DNA from: a virus
Direction: 5' to 3' (one strand)
DNA length: 64,000 nucleotides
Virus record (IMG/VR): IMGVR_UViG_3300044770_000015
The notes beneath the pieces are model-generated. The model searched no databases and was not told where the DNA came from. It was given only the letters and a program-made list of their open reading frames with translations. Shown here piece by piece: positions 24,747 to 32,465 of this stretch (within the stretch, counting starts at the first letter, position 1; each line of letters opens with the position of its first letter). The position numbers and the translations under genes are program-made.

Positions 24747-25088
24747 CTATCGGAGCCAATCTCCAGTGCCATGATAAGCACCAACAAGACTCGTAACCTG
24801 CATGCACGAGAGGTTGTACCGATACGAAGGATGATCCCACCCCAAGCAGTGGCGACGCTCATGAGCCACTACGCAATCGCGATCGTGGGTAGAGGACGTA
24901 ACGAAGATATGGCAGATCCCAGTAACGGGATCGCGGACAGTCCACCCTTGAACCGAAGCTCCCCAAGGAGAGACGCCAATGTCGTGGATGTGGACCTCTT
25001 TGGGCCCGAACTCAGTCGTCCGAACCCAGTAAGGGCCCGATGCACACCCGACAAGTAGGACCAAAACCAAAAGCGCTAGACGTTCCAT
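24747..25088 (-). CDS. lipoprotein with metzincin-type HExxHxxGxxH motif
   Basis: I place the start at ATG 25088, preceded by GGAGGAG. Lipobox in MERLALLVLVLLVGC. AHERRHCLGWDH is followed by SCMQV, a possible Met-turn. Confidence 0.6.
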   Translation of the reverse strand: MERLALLVLVLLVGCASGPYWVRTTEFGPKEVHIHDIGVSPWGASVQGWTVRDPVTGICHIFVTSSTHDRDCVVAHERRHCLGWDHPSYRYNLSCMQVTSLVGAYHGTGDWLR

Positions 25089-25399
25089 ATCGGAATCTCC
25101 TCCAGTGGGACTACAGTTGTGTGCGGGTTGCCAACGCCTGAATTCGGGCGGATCCACGCTGTGATCTTCCCGGCGAGCATCCAGTCGTCTCGGCCGAGTT
25201 TACCATTAATCGAGCTCTGGAGCTGTCCAATAGCTGCCAAGAAGCTTCCGTTCCCTAGAGCAATCGACACAGCCTCCGAGGACACAACAGCCTCTAGGTT
25301 GTTAAGGTAGTACCCCCCAACACGACCGCACTCGCACCTCTTGGGCTTCATCGTCAGCTTGAAGACGTCCTCGCAGAACATGCAACAGATCAACTTCAT
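25076..25399 (-). CDS. zinc-finger protein
   Basis: 107 aa with CCMFC...CEC. ATGA coupling to the upstream gene. Confidence 0.6.
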   Translation of the reverse strand: MKLICCMFCEDVFKLTMKPKRCECGRVGGYYLNNLEAVVSSEAVSIALGNGSFLAAIGQLQSSINGKLGRDDWMLAGKITAWIRPNSGVGNPHTTVVPLEEIPIWNV

Positions 25400-25659
25400 G
25401 TTGGTTTCCCTCCTAGCTCCATTACGAGCAGATAGTTGACTTGAGCATCCCGATGAAAGAGGTCGGTAATATGGCTACACTCCTCGCACCGCCCAGACTT
25501 GTAGAACTTGTTCTGGTCTTCGAAGGTCTGACGTGCCCCACACTTGGCACAGGTGAACTTGAAGTACACGGCCGCCCCAGACCTAATGAGATCGTCCGCC
25601 CGTTCGAACATTGAGCGCAGGTGGTCGGGAATTGGACCTGTATAGGGCGTATCGCTCAC
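25396..25659 (-). CDS. zinc-ribbon protein
   Basis: GTG 25659 overlaps the upstream stop (GTGA), with GAGGAG upstream. Contains CAKCG...CEEC. Confidence 0.55.
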   Translation of the reverse strand: MSDTPYTGPIPDHLRSMFERADDLIRSGAAVYFKFTCAKCGARQTFEDQNKFYKSGRCEECSHITDLFHRDAQVNYLLVMELGGKPT

Positions 25660-25904
25660 ACCATCTCCTCCGTGATTGTGTGCCACACCATACCACTGTT
25701 GACCTCCATCACCTCGCACTCAAACCCCAGGTTCCGAAGATTGAGCACGGCTCGGAAGGCTCCCTCCGAACCTTTGAGGTGGTGGTAGAAGGCTGGACGA
25801 TCGTGATCGAACATCGGCGTAAAGGCATTGCGGAACTGGCTGAAGAATTCCGGTTTGCCGTCTTGGAGGCGGAGGCGGAAGACGAAGTAGCCAAGCCGGC
25901 TCAT
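25656..25904 (-). CDS. hypothetical protein
   Basis: 82-aa ORF, ATGA-coupled. Confidence 0.55.
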   Translation of the reverse strand: MSRLGYFVFRLRLQDGKPEFFSQFRNAFTPMFDHDRPAFYHHLKGSEGAFRAVLNLRNLGFECEVMEVNSGMVWHTITEEMV

Positions 25905-26140
25905 ATAGCAACCTCATATATGGCGTAGGCGATGAGGTCTTGGACTGTTGTCCAGTAGTGACCCTTGTGGTCGTTGCACTCCTCCCAGTCGAGGGCGTCG
26001 TAGGACTCGCCAAGCAGTTCCTCAAAGTCTTCCTTCGCCACTCGTTGGGCAAGAACTAGCTCCCGCTGAGGAACCCCAACCACCCGAGGAAAGGCTGGAG
26101 TAGTATCGTCTAGATACAGCACGATATACATCAGGTTCAT
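25901..26140 (-). CDS. hypothetical protein
   Basis: I place the start at ATG 26140 (MNLMYIVLYLDD...), overlapping the upstream stop as ATGA. Confidence 0.55.
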   Translation of the reverse strand: MNLMYIVLYLDDTTPAFPRVVGVPQRELVLAQRVAKEDFEELLGESYDALDWEECNDHKGHYWTTVQDLIAYAIYEVAI

Positions 26141-26358
26141 GACCCCTCCCGTTGGGCGGCGATCTCTTCGTGCATCAGCCGCTGTTGCTCTTTCAAGGGG
26201 AGCCCGACGAAATGATTGAGGGCCGCGAGCAACCAATCACGGTCAGTAAAGTTCACCTTGGCGACTGTCGTCAATCCAACAAACTTGACGATGTAGTTCT
26301 CGTTGCCTTCCATCCCGCGGACGAACCCGAATACTCTCTTAGGGTTGGGGTCTTTCAT
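26137..26358 (-). CDS. hypothetical protein
   Basis: 73-aa ORF, ATGA-coupled. Confidence 0.55.
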   Translation of the reverse strand: MKDPNPKRVFGFVRGMEGNENYIVKFVGLTTVAKVNFTDRDWLLAALNHFVGLPLKEQQRLMHEEIAAQREGS

Positions 26359-26585
26359 TGGCTTGCTCCCTTGATCCCTTCGAGCACGCGGATCAATTGA
26401 TCCGTGAACCCGATGATGCCGTTGTACTTGAGCCAGACATCAAGAATCGTCCGAGCTGACGAACCCTTGAAGTGCACAAGTGCCTCTGTCTCGTTCGTAG
26501 CGAAGTCCGATACCACTTCACGGAGATCCCTACGAACCTCCTCTGGGAGATCGTACCACAGAGGCTGTCTCGAATTCCAATCCAT
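26355..26585 (-). CDS. hypothetical protein
   Basis: 76-aa ORF. Confidence 0.55.
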   Translation of the reverse strand: MDWNSRQPLWYDLPEEVRRDLREVVSDFATNETEALVHFKGSSARTILDVWLKYNGIIGFTDQLIRVLEGIKGASQ

Positions 26586-26600
26586 GTTAGCTCCTCCTAG

Positions 26601-26840
26601 TTAGCGGATGTAAATGCCGTACCACACGCCAGCAGCTGTCTTGCGCTCCTCGACGTGGACGCTACGTCCCGGACGCTCCGCAGCCATGAGCATTGCGTCC
26701 CTTTCGACCTGGTTTTGCGCCACTCCTTTGAGGTGGTGCCACTCCCAGCGTCCCGCACCAGGCAGCTTCATACGAGACCGGAACTTACGCTTGACGCCGT
26801 GGGGTATGTCAGGTGCACCGAAGTTTATGCCGTAGATCAT
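26601..26840 (-). CDS. hypothetical protein
   Basis: I place the start at ATG 26840 (MIYGINFGAPD...), 1 nt after the stop of the upstream gene. The track's 161-aa version has an Arg-rich, implausible N-terminus. Confidence 0.5.
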   Translation of the reverse strand: MIYGINFGAPDIPHGVKRKFRSRMKLPGAGRWEWHHLKGVAQNQVERDAMLMAAERPGRSVHVEERKTAAGVWYGIYIR

Positions 26841-26841
26841 G

Positions 26842-27054
26842 TTAGCCCTCCCCGAAGATGCGATCTTGGCACTTCTGGCAGAGCCCGGAGATCGAATACT
26901 CCCGACGAGAAAGATCGTCCTTGAACTCTGTTGCAGAACCCTCGCATCCGAAGGGCTTGCGAATACACATGTTACCCTTGATCGCGGTAGTGCGTCCCGC
27001 TGCCGCTTCGAGGAACGCCTCGATCTCGGGGGGCTTCTTACTTGGTTCGGCCAT
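26842..27054 (-). CDS. zinc-ribbon protein
   Basis: 70 aa with C..C pairs (GLCQKCQD). GGAG lies before the ATG. First gene after promoter 27101-27133. Confidence 0.6.
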   Translation of the reverse strand: MAEPSKKPPEIEAFLEAAAGRTTAIKGNMCIRKPFGCEGSATEFKDDLSRREYSISGLCQKCQDRIFGEG

Positions 27055-27100
27055 CTGTATCTCCTAGTTGCTGTAGCCTGCAACATGCAAGCTTACACCT

Positions 27101-27133
27101 CTATTATATCGCAGTCCTCGCGATGGTAGCAAG
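27101..27133 (-). promoter_or_regulatory. class I promoter
   Basis: Minus strand: CTTGC-TACCATCGCGAGGACT-GCGATATAATAG, then AGGTGTA. Upstream box CCATCATAAGCCA. Confidence 0.65.
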
Positions 27134-27137
27134 TGGC

Positions 27138-27347
27138 TTATGATGGGGGCTCCACCTTGGTCTTGCGGAAGATCAAAAGGGCTGGCCGAGGCACGACGCG
27201 ATGGATAACGCCACTAAGTTCGTACCCTAGTTCGAGGAGTGTATCCAGATCCGCCAGGGCAGCCTCGCCTGCGATAGGAGGAGTAGTCAGCACAACATAG
27301 TACTTACCTTCCCTATCGACTGTGTACTCACGACCATTGACTAACAT
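27138..27347 (-). CDS. hypothetical protein
   Basis: 69-aa ORF. Confidence 0.5.
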   Translation of the reverse strand: MLVNGREYTVDREGKYYVVLTTPPIAGEAALADLDTLLELGYELSGVIHRVVPRPALLIFRKTKVEPPS

Positions 27348-27393
27348 AGATGGCTACTTCCCCTCGGGTTAGGTCGTACAAGTCCTACTCAGA

Positions 27394-27618
27394 TTAGTGC
27401 GTATCCCACCCAAGATCCTTACTGATCTCGGGCGTGAACCCTCCGAACTCCTTGAGACGCTCAGCAATCCGGTCCATGATCGGGACCTCCCGATTGAGCA
27501 CCTCCTCGAAGTCCGGCCGACCAATAGCTCGAGATCCAGGAGAAGGAAGGAAGCGGTACCAGGAGCAAATCTGGTAGTGACTCGCAGCGTTGACCTGCTC
27601 GAGTGTGGGATAGCTCAT
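27394..27618 (-). CDS. hypothetical protein
   Basis: I place the start at ATG 27618, preceded by GGGAGGAAG. It overlaps the upstream stop as TAATG. Confidence 0.55.
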   Translation of the reverse strand: MSYPTLEQVNAASHYQICSWYRFLPSPGSRAIGRPDFEEVLNREVPIMDRIAERLKEFGGFTPEISKDLGWDTH

Positions 27619-27827
27619 TACTTCCTCCCTTTGCCACAGAGAATGGCCATATGTAGTTGGTTGAGACGCAGACACGAACGTTTGATCAGGAGCGTTTGGT
27701 GCCGAGCTCCTTGGGAATGCTGCGGAAGGTGCTGTGCCACATCGAGCAAATGGCGGATGGCCTTCAGCTCGATCCAGATCCAGGACCGCTCATCGAACAG
27801 CTGACCCGGGGACTTGGATTTGCTCAT
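27618..27827 (-). CDS. hypothetical protein
   Basis: 69-aa ORF, ATGA-coupled to the upstream gene. Confidence 0.5.
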   Translation of the reverse strand: MSKSKSPGQLFDERSWIWIELKAIRHLLDVAQHLPQHSQGARHQTLLIKRSCLRLNQLHMAILCGKGRK

Positions 27828-28348
27828 GGCCGCTTCTCTCCTAGGCCAGTACGTCCTATCACATAGTCGGGGCGTCTCTGATCAGGTTGAGGACAAATTG
27901 CAAGGATTCGCCATCCGTCATCGAGCCAGGTTTGGAGATCGTCAGTGCAGTCATTGTTCAGAACCTTGACGTGATCGATGAGCAGGAGCCCCAACCCTGG
28001 CATATGCACCGAGACCTTCTCATTGAACTGGGCATCCTTGTACCCAAAGGCGTCGACCTTTCGCCCGATACCGCGGAGCTCATCCAGTAAAGCCGACAGG
28101 AAGTTAGCTTCCCCCTTACCTTGCACTTCGAATGGTATACCAGTCTTGAGGAGACTCTCGAGGTCGACCTCCCAAGCATTGGAGTAGAGCTTGAACTTGC
28201 CATCTTTGGTCTCTATCTCTTTGTCGTCCGACGAATGAAGGTATCGGCAGAGCTGCTCTGGTGGGTGAGCTCCGCAGAGCTTGGCTAGGTGCTCGAGCAT
28301 TTCCCTCGTCACCCAAGTATTGTACCCAAACTGGATCTTGGCCCTCAT
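27824..28348 (-). CDS. hypothetical protein
   Basis: I place the start at ATG 28348 (MRAKIQFGYNTW...), overlapping the upstream stop as ATGA. Confidence 0.55.
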   Translation of the reverse strand: MRAKIQFGYNTWVTREMLEHLAKLCGAHPPEQLCRYLHSSDDKEIETKDGKFKLYSNAWEVDLESLLKTGIPFEVQGKGEANFLSALLDELRGIGRKVDAFGYKDAQFNEKVSVHMPGLGLLLIDHVKVLNNDCTDDLQTWLDDGWRILAICPQPDQRRPDYVIGRTGLGEKRP

Positions 28349-28734
28349 GGCTTGATCTCCCACTCGTCCCCGTTCGGGAACGAGAACTTGTCGGTCTCGA
28401 ACTGGACACCCAGCTTCTTGAGCCACTTGAACAGAAACTGGACGTAGCCGTGGAGATCCGACATCTCCTCCTCGATCTCCTTGTAGAGATTGTTGTCCGA
28501 AGCGAGGAGCTTAGCACCCCGATTCTCAACCGCGTGGGAAGCACACGGGGCACACACCATATAGGTGTTCTTCCCGTCACGCTTGTACCAGATTACCGCA
28601 GTGACAGGAGCACAGCAGGGTATGAACTTCTCCCGCGAGAAGATGCTAGCCTCTTCGCACATCATCCCTGTGAAGTCTACCTCCCCAGGAACCATTACGT
28701 TCGAGGGGCGTATCGTCCTAGTGGGAAGACTCAC
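28345..28734 (-). CDS. hypothetical Cys-rich protein
   Basis: 129-aa ORF with CC...CAPC. GTGA coupling. Confidence 0.55.
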   Translation of the reverse strand: MSLPTRTIRPSNVMVPGEVDFTGMMCEEASIFSREKFIPCCAPVTAVIWYKRDGKNTYMVCAPCASHAVENRGAKLLASDNNLYKEIEEEMSDLHGYVQFLFKWLKKLGVQFETDKFSFPNGDEWEIKP

Positions 28735-29051
28735 GACACCACCTCCCCCTCCGGCTTCGCCCGCTTGAGGTCGTCGATCTGGATGTTCAGCTCGGAGACC
28801 GTGGCGCGGAGTCCGGCATTGATCTCCTCGCCTCTGGCGATCGACTTCTTCGCCTCGGCAAGTTCGCCAGTAACTCGGGCGAAGCGCTCGCGCATGTTCT
28901 TCCGGGTCTCCCCGTTGGCCGAGGCAATTTGGACCTCGAGCTCCTTGACCCGTGCTTGGAGCCTGTCACGACGGAGTGCCTTCTTGACTCTAGCGTGGGC
29001 AGTTGGGGAATTTGGGCCGGTAGGCGTCTTACGACGAACATGGTTTCTCAT
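28731..29051 (-). CDS. coiled-coil protein
   Basis: 106 aa, basic N-terminus followed by a heptad-like helical region. Confidence 0.55.
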   Translation of the reverse strand: MRNHVRRKTPTGPNSPTAHARVKKALRRDRLQARVKELEVQIASANGETRKNMRERFARVTGELAEAKKSIARGEEINAGLRATVSELNIQIDDLKRAKPEGEVVS

Positions 29052-29296
29052 GTCAGCCTTCCTTTCTTGTCCTGGTAGAAGTGCAACCCATCAACTCGAC
29101 GGGTCACTTGGATGATGGCTGTGGAGCTCCTGGCTTCGTAGACGGTGTACGAATTCCCGACTTCGAGCCAGAAGACAAGCGACAGACACCGTTCGATGGC
29201 CCTCGCCGCCTCGCGATAGGCTCTCCACGGAATATCCTGGCGAGCCTTCTCGTCGTAGATGCGGTAAGGCCGGCAACTCTTGGAGGTGCCAGCCAT
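29048..29296 (-). CDS. hypothetical protein
   Basis: 82-aa ORF. Confidence 0.5.
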   Translation of the reverse strand: MAGTSKSCRPYRIYDEKARQDIPWRAYREAARAIERCLSLVFWLEVGNSYTVYEARSSTAIIQVTRRVDGLHFYQDKKGRLT

Positions 29297-29300
29297 CTCG

Positions 29301-29516
29301 CTAGCTCTTGTCGGCCACAGTCGCGATCGCCACGCCGATCATCGATCCAACAGCCTCGGGCGTGAGAACGATGACGTTGGGGACGTACATCGGCTGTCCG
29401 AGTTGTGGGACATCCATGGGTTGGAGGTGCTGCTTCTTGATTTTGTGGCCACCCCCGGACTTCTTCTTGCCTTTGCCATACTTCGAGAACGGACCCGTAC
29501 CTTTGACTCCTTGCAT
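29301..29516 (-). CDS. hypothetical protein (Lys-rich N-terminus, hydrophobic C-terminus)
   Basis: 71 aa with GGAGAAGGAG before the ATG. The overlapping 186-aa ORF (29104..29664) is rejected. Confidence 0.5.
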   Translation of the reverse strand: MQGVKGTGPFSKYGKGKKKSGGGHKIKKQHLQPMDVPQLGQPMYVPNVIVLTPEAVGSMIGVAIATVADKS

Positions 29517-29632
29517 GACTTGCTCCTTCTCCAGTTACCACCAGCACCATGCCAGTGGGTACTACATCCGAATCGAACTCACTAAGATTGGTAGCCTGTG
29601 TCTCTATCCACAGCGCTCCTCTTAGCTTAATT

Positions 29633-29665
29633 CCATTATATAGCGCTCCAGCGATGGTCATCAAG
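29633..29665 (-). promoter_or_regulatory. class I promoter
   Basis: Minus strand: CTTGA-TGACCATCGCTGGAGC-GCTATATAATGG. Confidence 0.55.
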
Positions 29666-29870
29666 AGTCATTTAATGCTCCATATGTACCGTCGTTCTGG
29701 GCTTGACGGAACTCCTCGCGGACAAAGAACTCGGAATAGTAAGCATACCAAGGATACTCACCATTCACACCGAGAATCTGTGCATACAATCCAGGCCTCT
29801 CACGGAAGACTAGCTGCCCAGTAATGGCATTCTGGATATGACTATAGCTGTGATTAACGGAGTCTGTCAC
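29661..29870 (-). CDS. hypothetical protein
   Basis: 69-aa ORF with a GTG start and no clear SD. Confidence 0.45.
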   Translation of the reverse strand: MTDSVNHSYSHIQNAITGQLVFRERPGLYAQILGVNGEYPWYAYYSEFFVREEFRQAQNDGTYGALNDS

Positions 29871-30171
29871 GTTGGTGATCCCGGCGGCTACCTACGCCTC
29901 CATTAGGGGCATCATTACGGCGCGAGCGATCTCCTTCACCGACTCCGCCAGGAGTATTATTCCGACGTTTGGTTCCATCGGCATTAGCACACTTCGGTAT
30001 AGGTAAAGGTCTCCCGGTGAGCTCCCCGTGACGGATCCATTGATCGCCATGCTTACTAGAACAGCGAAGAGGAACTGAAAGAGGCTCCGCCTTAGTGGGT
30101 GGAGCACAGTAAGCCATCATGAATACTAGTAGCAGACAGAACTGCAAGGGATCAGTACGCTTCTTGTTCAT
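29854..30171 (-). CDS. secreted protein (signal peptide)
   Basis: I place the start at ATG 30171, preceded by AGGAGGG. MNKKRTDPLQFCLLLVFMMAYCAPPTKA looks like a signal peptide. Confidence 0.45.
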   Translation of the reverse strand: MNKKRTDPLQFCLLLVFMMAYCAPPTKAEPLSVPLRCSSKHGDQWIRHGELTGRPLPIPKCANADGTKRRNNTPGGVGEGDRSRRNDAPNGGVGSRRDHQRDRLR

Positions 30172-30287
30172 GAATCCCTCCTGAGTAACTCGTAAACACA
30201 TCCTACGAATCCGCCAAAGGTAATCCAGGAGAGCACCTCCTCGATGGACATCTGCTGGAAGTAGACCCAAAGATCATAGGTAGTCAT
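30168..30287 (-). CDS. 39-aa micro-protein
   Basis: Below the ORF track's size cutoff. My translation is MTTYDLWVYFQQMSIEEVLSWITFGGFVGCVYELLRRDS. Its stop overlaps the next ATG as ATGA. Confidence 0.35.
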   Translation of the reverse strand: MTTYDLWVYFQQMSIEEVLSWITFGGFVGCVYELLRRDS

Positions 30288-30322
30288 AGATCTAGTACGT
30301 CCTAGTTTCTACCAAGTACAGT

Positions 30323-30574
30323 TCATCGTAGGAGAGCAATTTCCTGCTCTCCTCCTGCAATCCAGTCTTGCACGATTCGTACATGCTTGTCTAAGATGCC
30401 TGTTCCTCGATACATTCCAGCAGGACAGTCGCACAGCCCTCGGTTCCTAGAGGGATCGTAGATGACCTTATACACTACAAGAGGTTGTTCACCTCCTGTC
30501 ATAGACCCGAACTTAGCGACCTCGTAGTTGATCACCCCGAGGCGTCGCACATAGTACTCAAACTTCGTAGCCAC
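30323..30574 (-). CDS. hypothetical protein with degenerate SWIM-like motif
   Basis: I prefer the GTG start at 30574; the track start is 30685. Contains CDCPAGMYRGTGILDKH. Confidence 0.45.
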   Translation of the reverse strand: MATKFEYYVRRLGVINYEVAKFGSMTGGEQPLVVYKVIYDPSRNRGLCDCPAGMYRGTGILDKHVRIVQDWIAGGEQEIALLR

Positions 30575-30746
30575 GAGAAACCCCTTTCCGGAACCGGGAG
30601 ATACGCTCGCGCAAATCCTTTGTCTCACACCGAGCATGGCACTGTAGGACCTTTTGGCACTCCTTAAGGAGGGTATCAGCTCCACGCACTTGATCCTTGA
30701 GCACCCGTAGGGTGATCTGGTTTAGTGTATGTCCCGTATCAGCCAT
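30558..30746 (-). CDS. hypothetical protein
   Basis: I place the start at ATG 30746 (MADTGHTLNQ...), an 8-nt overlap with the upstream stop. Confidence 0.45.
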   Translation of the reverse strand: MADTGHTLNQITLRVLKDQVRGADTLLKECQKVLQCHARCETKDLRERISRFRKGVSRGYEV

Positions 30747-30927
30747 GAGGAGTCTCCAAGCGGCGACGCTTCTTGTAGCGTATGACGGGAACCTTCTTCG
30801 GAGGTCTCCGCTGGGCTGTAGACACAAAGCCAGCAGCCAGAAAGCGAAGGCTATCAACGACACCGCGGAGGAACTCGGGATCTTCAACGAGTCGGCGAGG
30901 TCTCTTACTACCGTAGGGTGATCTCAT
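30739..30927 (-). CDS. small basic protein
   Basis: 62 aa, R/K-rich. ATGA coupling to the SLOG gene. Confidence 0.45.
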   Translation of the reverse strand: MRSPYGSKRPRRLVEDPEFLRGVVDSLRFLAAGFVSTAQRRPPKKVPVIRYKKRRRLETPHG

Positions 30928-31349
30928 ACGTGTGGTTTCCGATGTTCCGCACGGAGACAGCCGTTAGGAAGGATGATAAGAATTGGACGCCTGAGGGTAC
31001 GAGCATATCGGATTGTAGACCAAGTCCCAGATCGAAGCGTTTCCTCCGATTCCTTGGGGGTCGCGAGTAACATCTCGGCCTCTAGCACGATATGTCGATT
31101 GCGGACGAGATACTCTTCAGGGAGGCGGAGCTCGTCACACTGAAATTTGCCCATCTTATGGTGGTTGATAGGAGGATGGCCAACAATGTAGAACCCTTCC
31201 TCTCGTGCTATAGTCGCAGCCTGGATATCTGCTCCGATGCAGAGCCCCATATGGAATTGACTACTTCCACCATGGGGTAATAGGGTGCGGATGACAGCGA
31301 GTTGCTTCTCTGTCATCCCGTGTTGAGTTCCTGTGAACCCTACCTTCAT
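30924..31349 (-). CDS. SLOG/DUF2493-like Rossmann-type protein
   Basis: 141 aa. The pattern MKVGFTGTQHGMT...GLCIGADIQAA...GHPP... is what I associate with the YspA/DprA-like SLOG fold. GGAGGT lies before the ATG. Confidence 0.5.
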   Translation of the reverse strand: MKVGFTGTQHGMTEKQLAVIRTLLPHGGSSQFHMGLCIGADIQAATIAREEGFYIVGHPPINHHKMGKFQCDELRLPEEYLVRNRHIVLEAEMLLATPKESEETLRSGTWSTIRYARTLRRPILIILPNGCLRAEHRKPHV

Positions 31350-31398
31350 TGTACCTCCGACTTACCCGCTAGCTGCAACGTGCAACTAGCTTATACCC

Positions 31399-31431
31399 CT
31401 ATTATATAGCGACCACTAATGTGGTCGCAAG
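31399..31431 (-). promoter_or_regulatory. class I promoter
   Basis: Minus strand: CCATCATAAGACT-CTTGC-GACCACATTAGTGGTC-GCTATATAATAG-GGGTATA. Confidence 0.7.
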
Positions 31432-31450
31432 AGTCTTATGATGGTTGGTC

Positions 31451-32269
31451 CTACGTAACTTCCAACGTCTGTGCATCGGTGTAGGAAAGTCGAAAGCCAC
31501 TGGCGTTCTTGTGACCTCCGCCACCATACTGCTTGGCGATTGCCGACACATCTAGCCCTTCGTCGGTCGAACGCAAACTGAACACTCGCCCCTGCGGTGT
31601 GTCCCAGTAGCATCCGGCAAACGGCTCCCCCTTAGCCAGTAGATGTCCGGCGTCCGAGGTCAGCGTGTACGGAAGATTGGCGATGGGCACGTTGTGACCA
31701 CCGATGTTCATGCGCCGCGTCACTACGCCAACCAGTTCTCGGATGTCCTTGAAGTGCTTGCGTTCGATTGCCTCGCCCTCGACGGCCAATTGCTCCAAGT
31801 CCGCCGACATGAGGAAGTCCCACACCTTGAACTCGTATGGGTAGGCGAACACGGACGCCTGAATCTCTCGCGTCTTGCGCAGGGCGAAGCGCCACAGGTC
31901 GCGGTCCTCGACGTGTAGCAACAGTTGGGGAGGCTCCTGATTGGGAAAGTAGTGGTCCCAAGTTATGCGAGCCCCGGCCCTGTTCATGTCGAATACGGAC
32001 ACCACTCCCGGCAGGTCACGCAGATCGGCCTCGGCCGTCTTGTGGTGGTCCAGAATCAGGACGCTGGCGGCGCGCTCTCTGATCTCCTCGAGCACGGCAC
32101 GCTTGTAGGAGAAGTCCACCATCACCACGTCGCGGCCCTCCACGTCAGGAGGCGCGTCCTGATAGACCCCGACATGGAACTCGACATCCTCGCCAAGAGC
32201 CTTCCGGACGACCCACGCGGAGGTAAAGCCATCGGCGCAGTTGCCGTGATAAATGCAAAGTTTCTTCAT
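31451..32269 (-). CDS. DHH/DHHA1 family phosphoesterase (NrnA/RecJ-like)
   Basis: I place the start at ATG 32269, preceded by AGGAGGT. Motifs: HGNCADG, VMVDFS, ILDHHKT (DHH) and GGGGHKNASGF (DHHA1). Confidence 0.8.
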   Translation of the reverse strand: MKKLCIYHGNCADGFTSAWVVRKALGEDVEFHVGVYQDAPPDVEGRDVVMVDFSYKRAVLEEIRERAASVLILDHHKTAEADLRDLPGVVSVFDMNRAGARITWDHYFPNQEPPQLLLHVEDRDLWRFALRKTREIQASVFAYPYEFKVWDFLMSADLEQLAVEGEAIERKHFKDIRELVGVVTRRMNIGGHNVPIANLPYTLTSDAGHLLAKGEPFAGCYWDTPQGRVFSLRSTDEGLDVSAIAKQYGGGGHKNASGFRLSYTDAQTLEVT

Positions 32270-32376
32270 GTTACCTCCTGTTTGGTGCACCATAGACCGT
32301 CGGTGCTGAGTTTAAGGTCCGCCGTTTCTTCCAGCCATTTGGTCGCGAGGAAGCCCCGGTCAAACTTATCGCCCAT
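32266..32376 (-). CDS. possible 36-aa micro-protein
   Basis: Below the ORF track's size cutoff. Its stop overlaps the DHH ATG as ATGA. The SD is weak. Confidence 0.25.
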   Translation of the reverse strand: MGDKFDRGFLATKWLEETADLKLSTDGLWCTKQEVT

Positions 32377-32465
32377 TCACGTCGAGAGATTTCCTTCCGT
32401 CCTCTTCGGTATGGCTACCGTCTCTGGACACTATAACGTCCGCCAGAGCTCGGACGTACTAAAAA

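Noticed and set aside
26601-27086. The 161-aa version of this ORF.
   Set aside because: The N-terminal 82 residues are Arg/Ser/Pro-rich. They overlap, in another frame, the well-signalled 70-aa gene 26842..27054 (promoter plus SD). I kept only 26601..26840.
28261-29115. 284-aa plus-strand ORF. Similar long antisense ORFs occur at 39340..40125, 49298..49930, 59561..60202, 31925..32536, 8071..8619 and 45909..46430.
   Set aside because: All lie antisense to well-supported, translationally coupled minus-strand genes. They are S/R/L/P-rich with no SD, which is typical of shadow frames, especially in the GC-rich segments.
29104-29664. 186-aa minus-strand ORF.
   Set aside because: It overlaps two shorter ORFs (29048..29296 and 29301..29516) that have proper SD and coupling signals. 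Its sequence is Arg/Gly/Pro-rich and would start within the promoter unit.
30323-30685. A SWIM zinc-finger call for this ORF.
   Set aside because: The motif CDCPAGMYRGTGILDKH lacks the third cysteine of CxCxnCxH, so I describe it only as degenerate SWIM-like.
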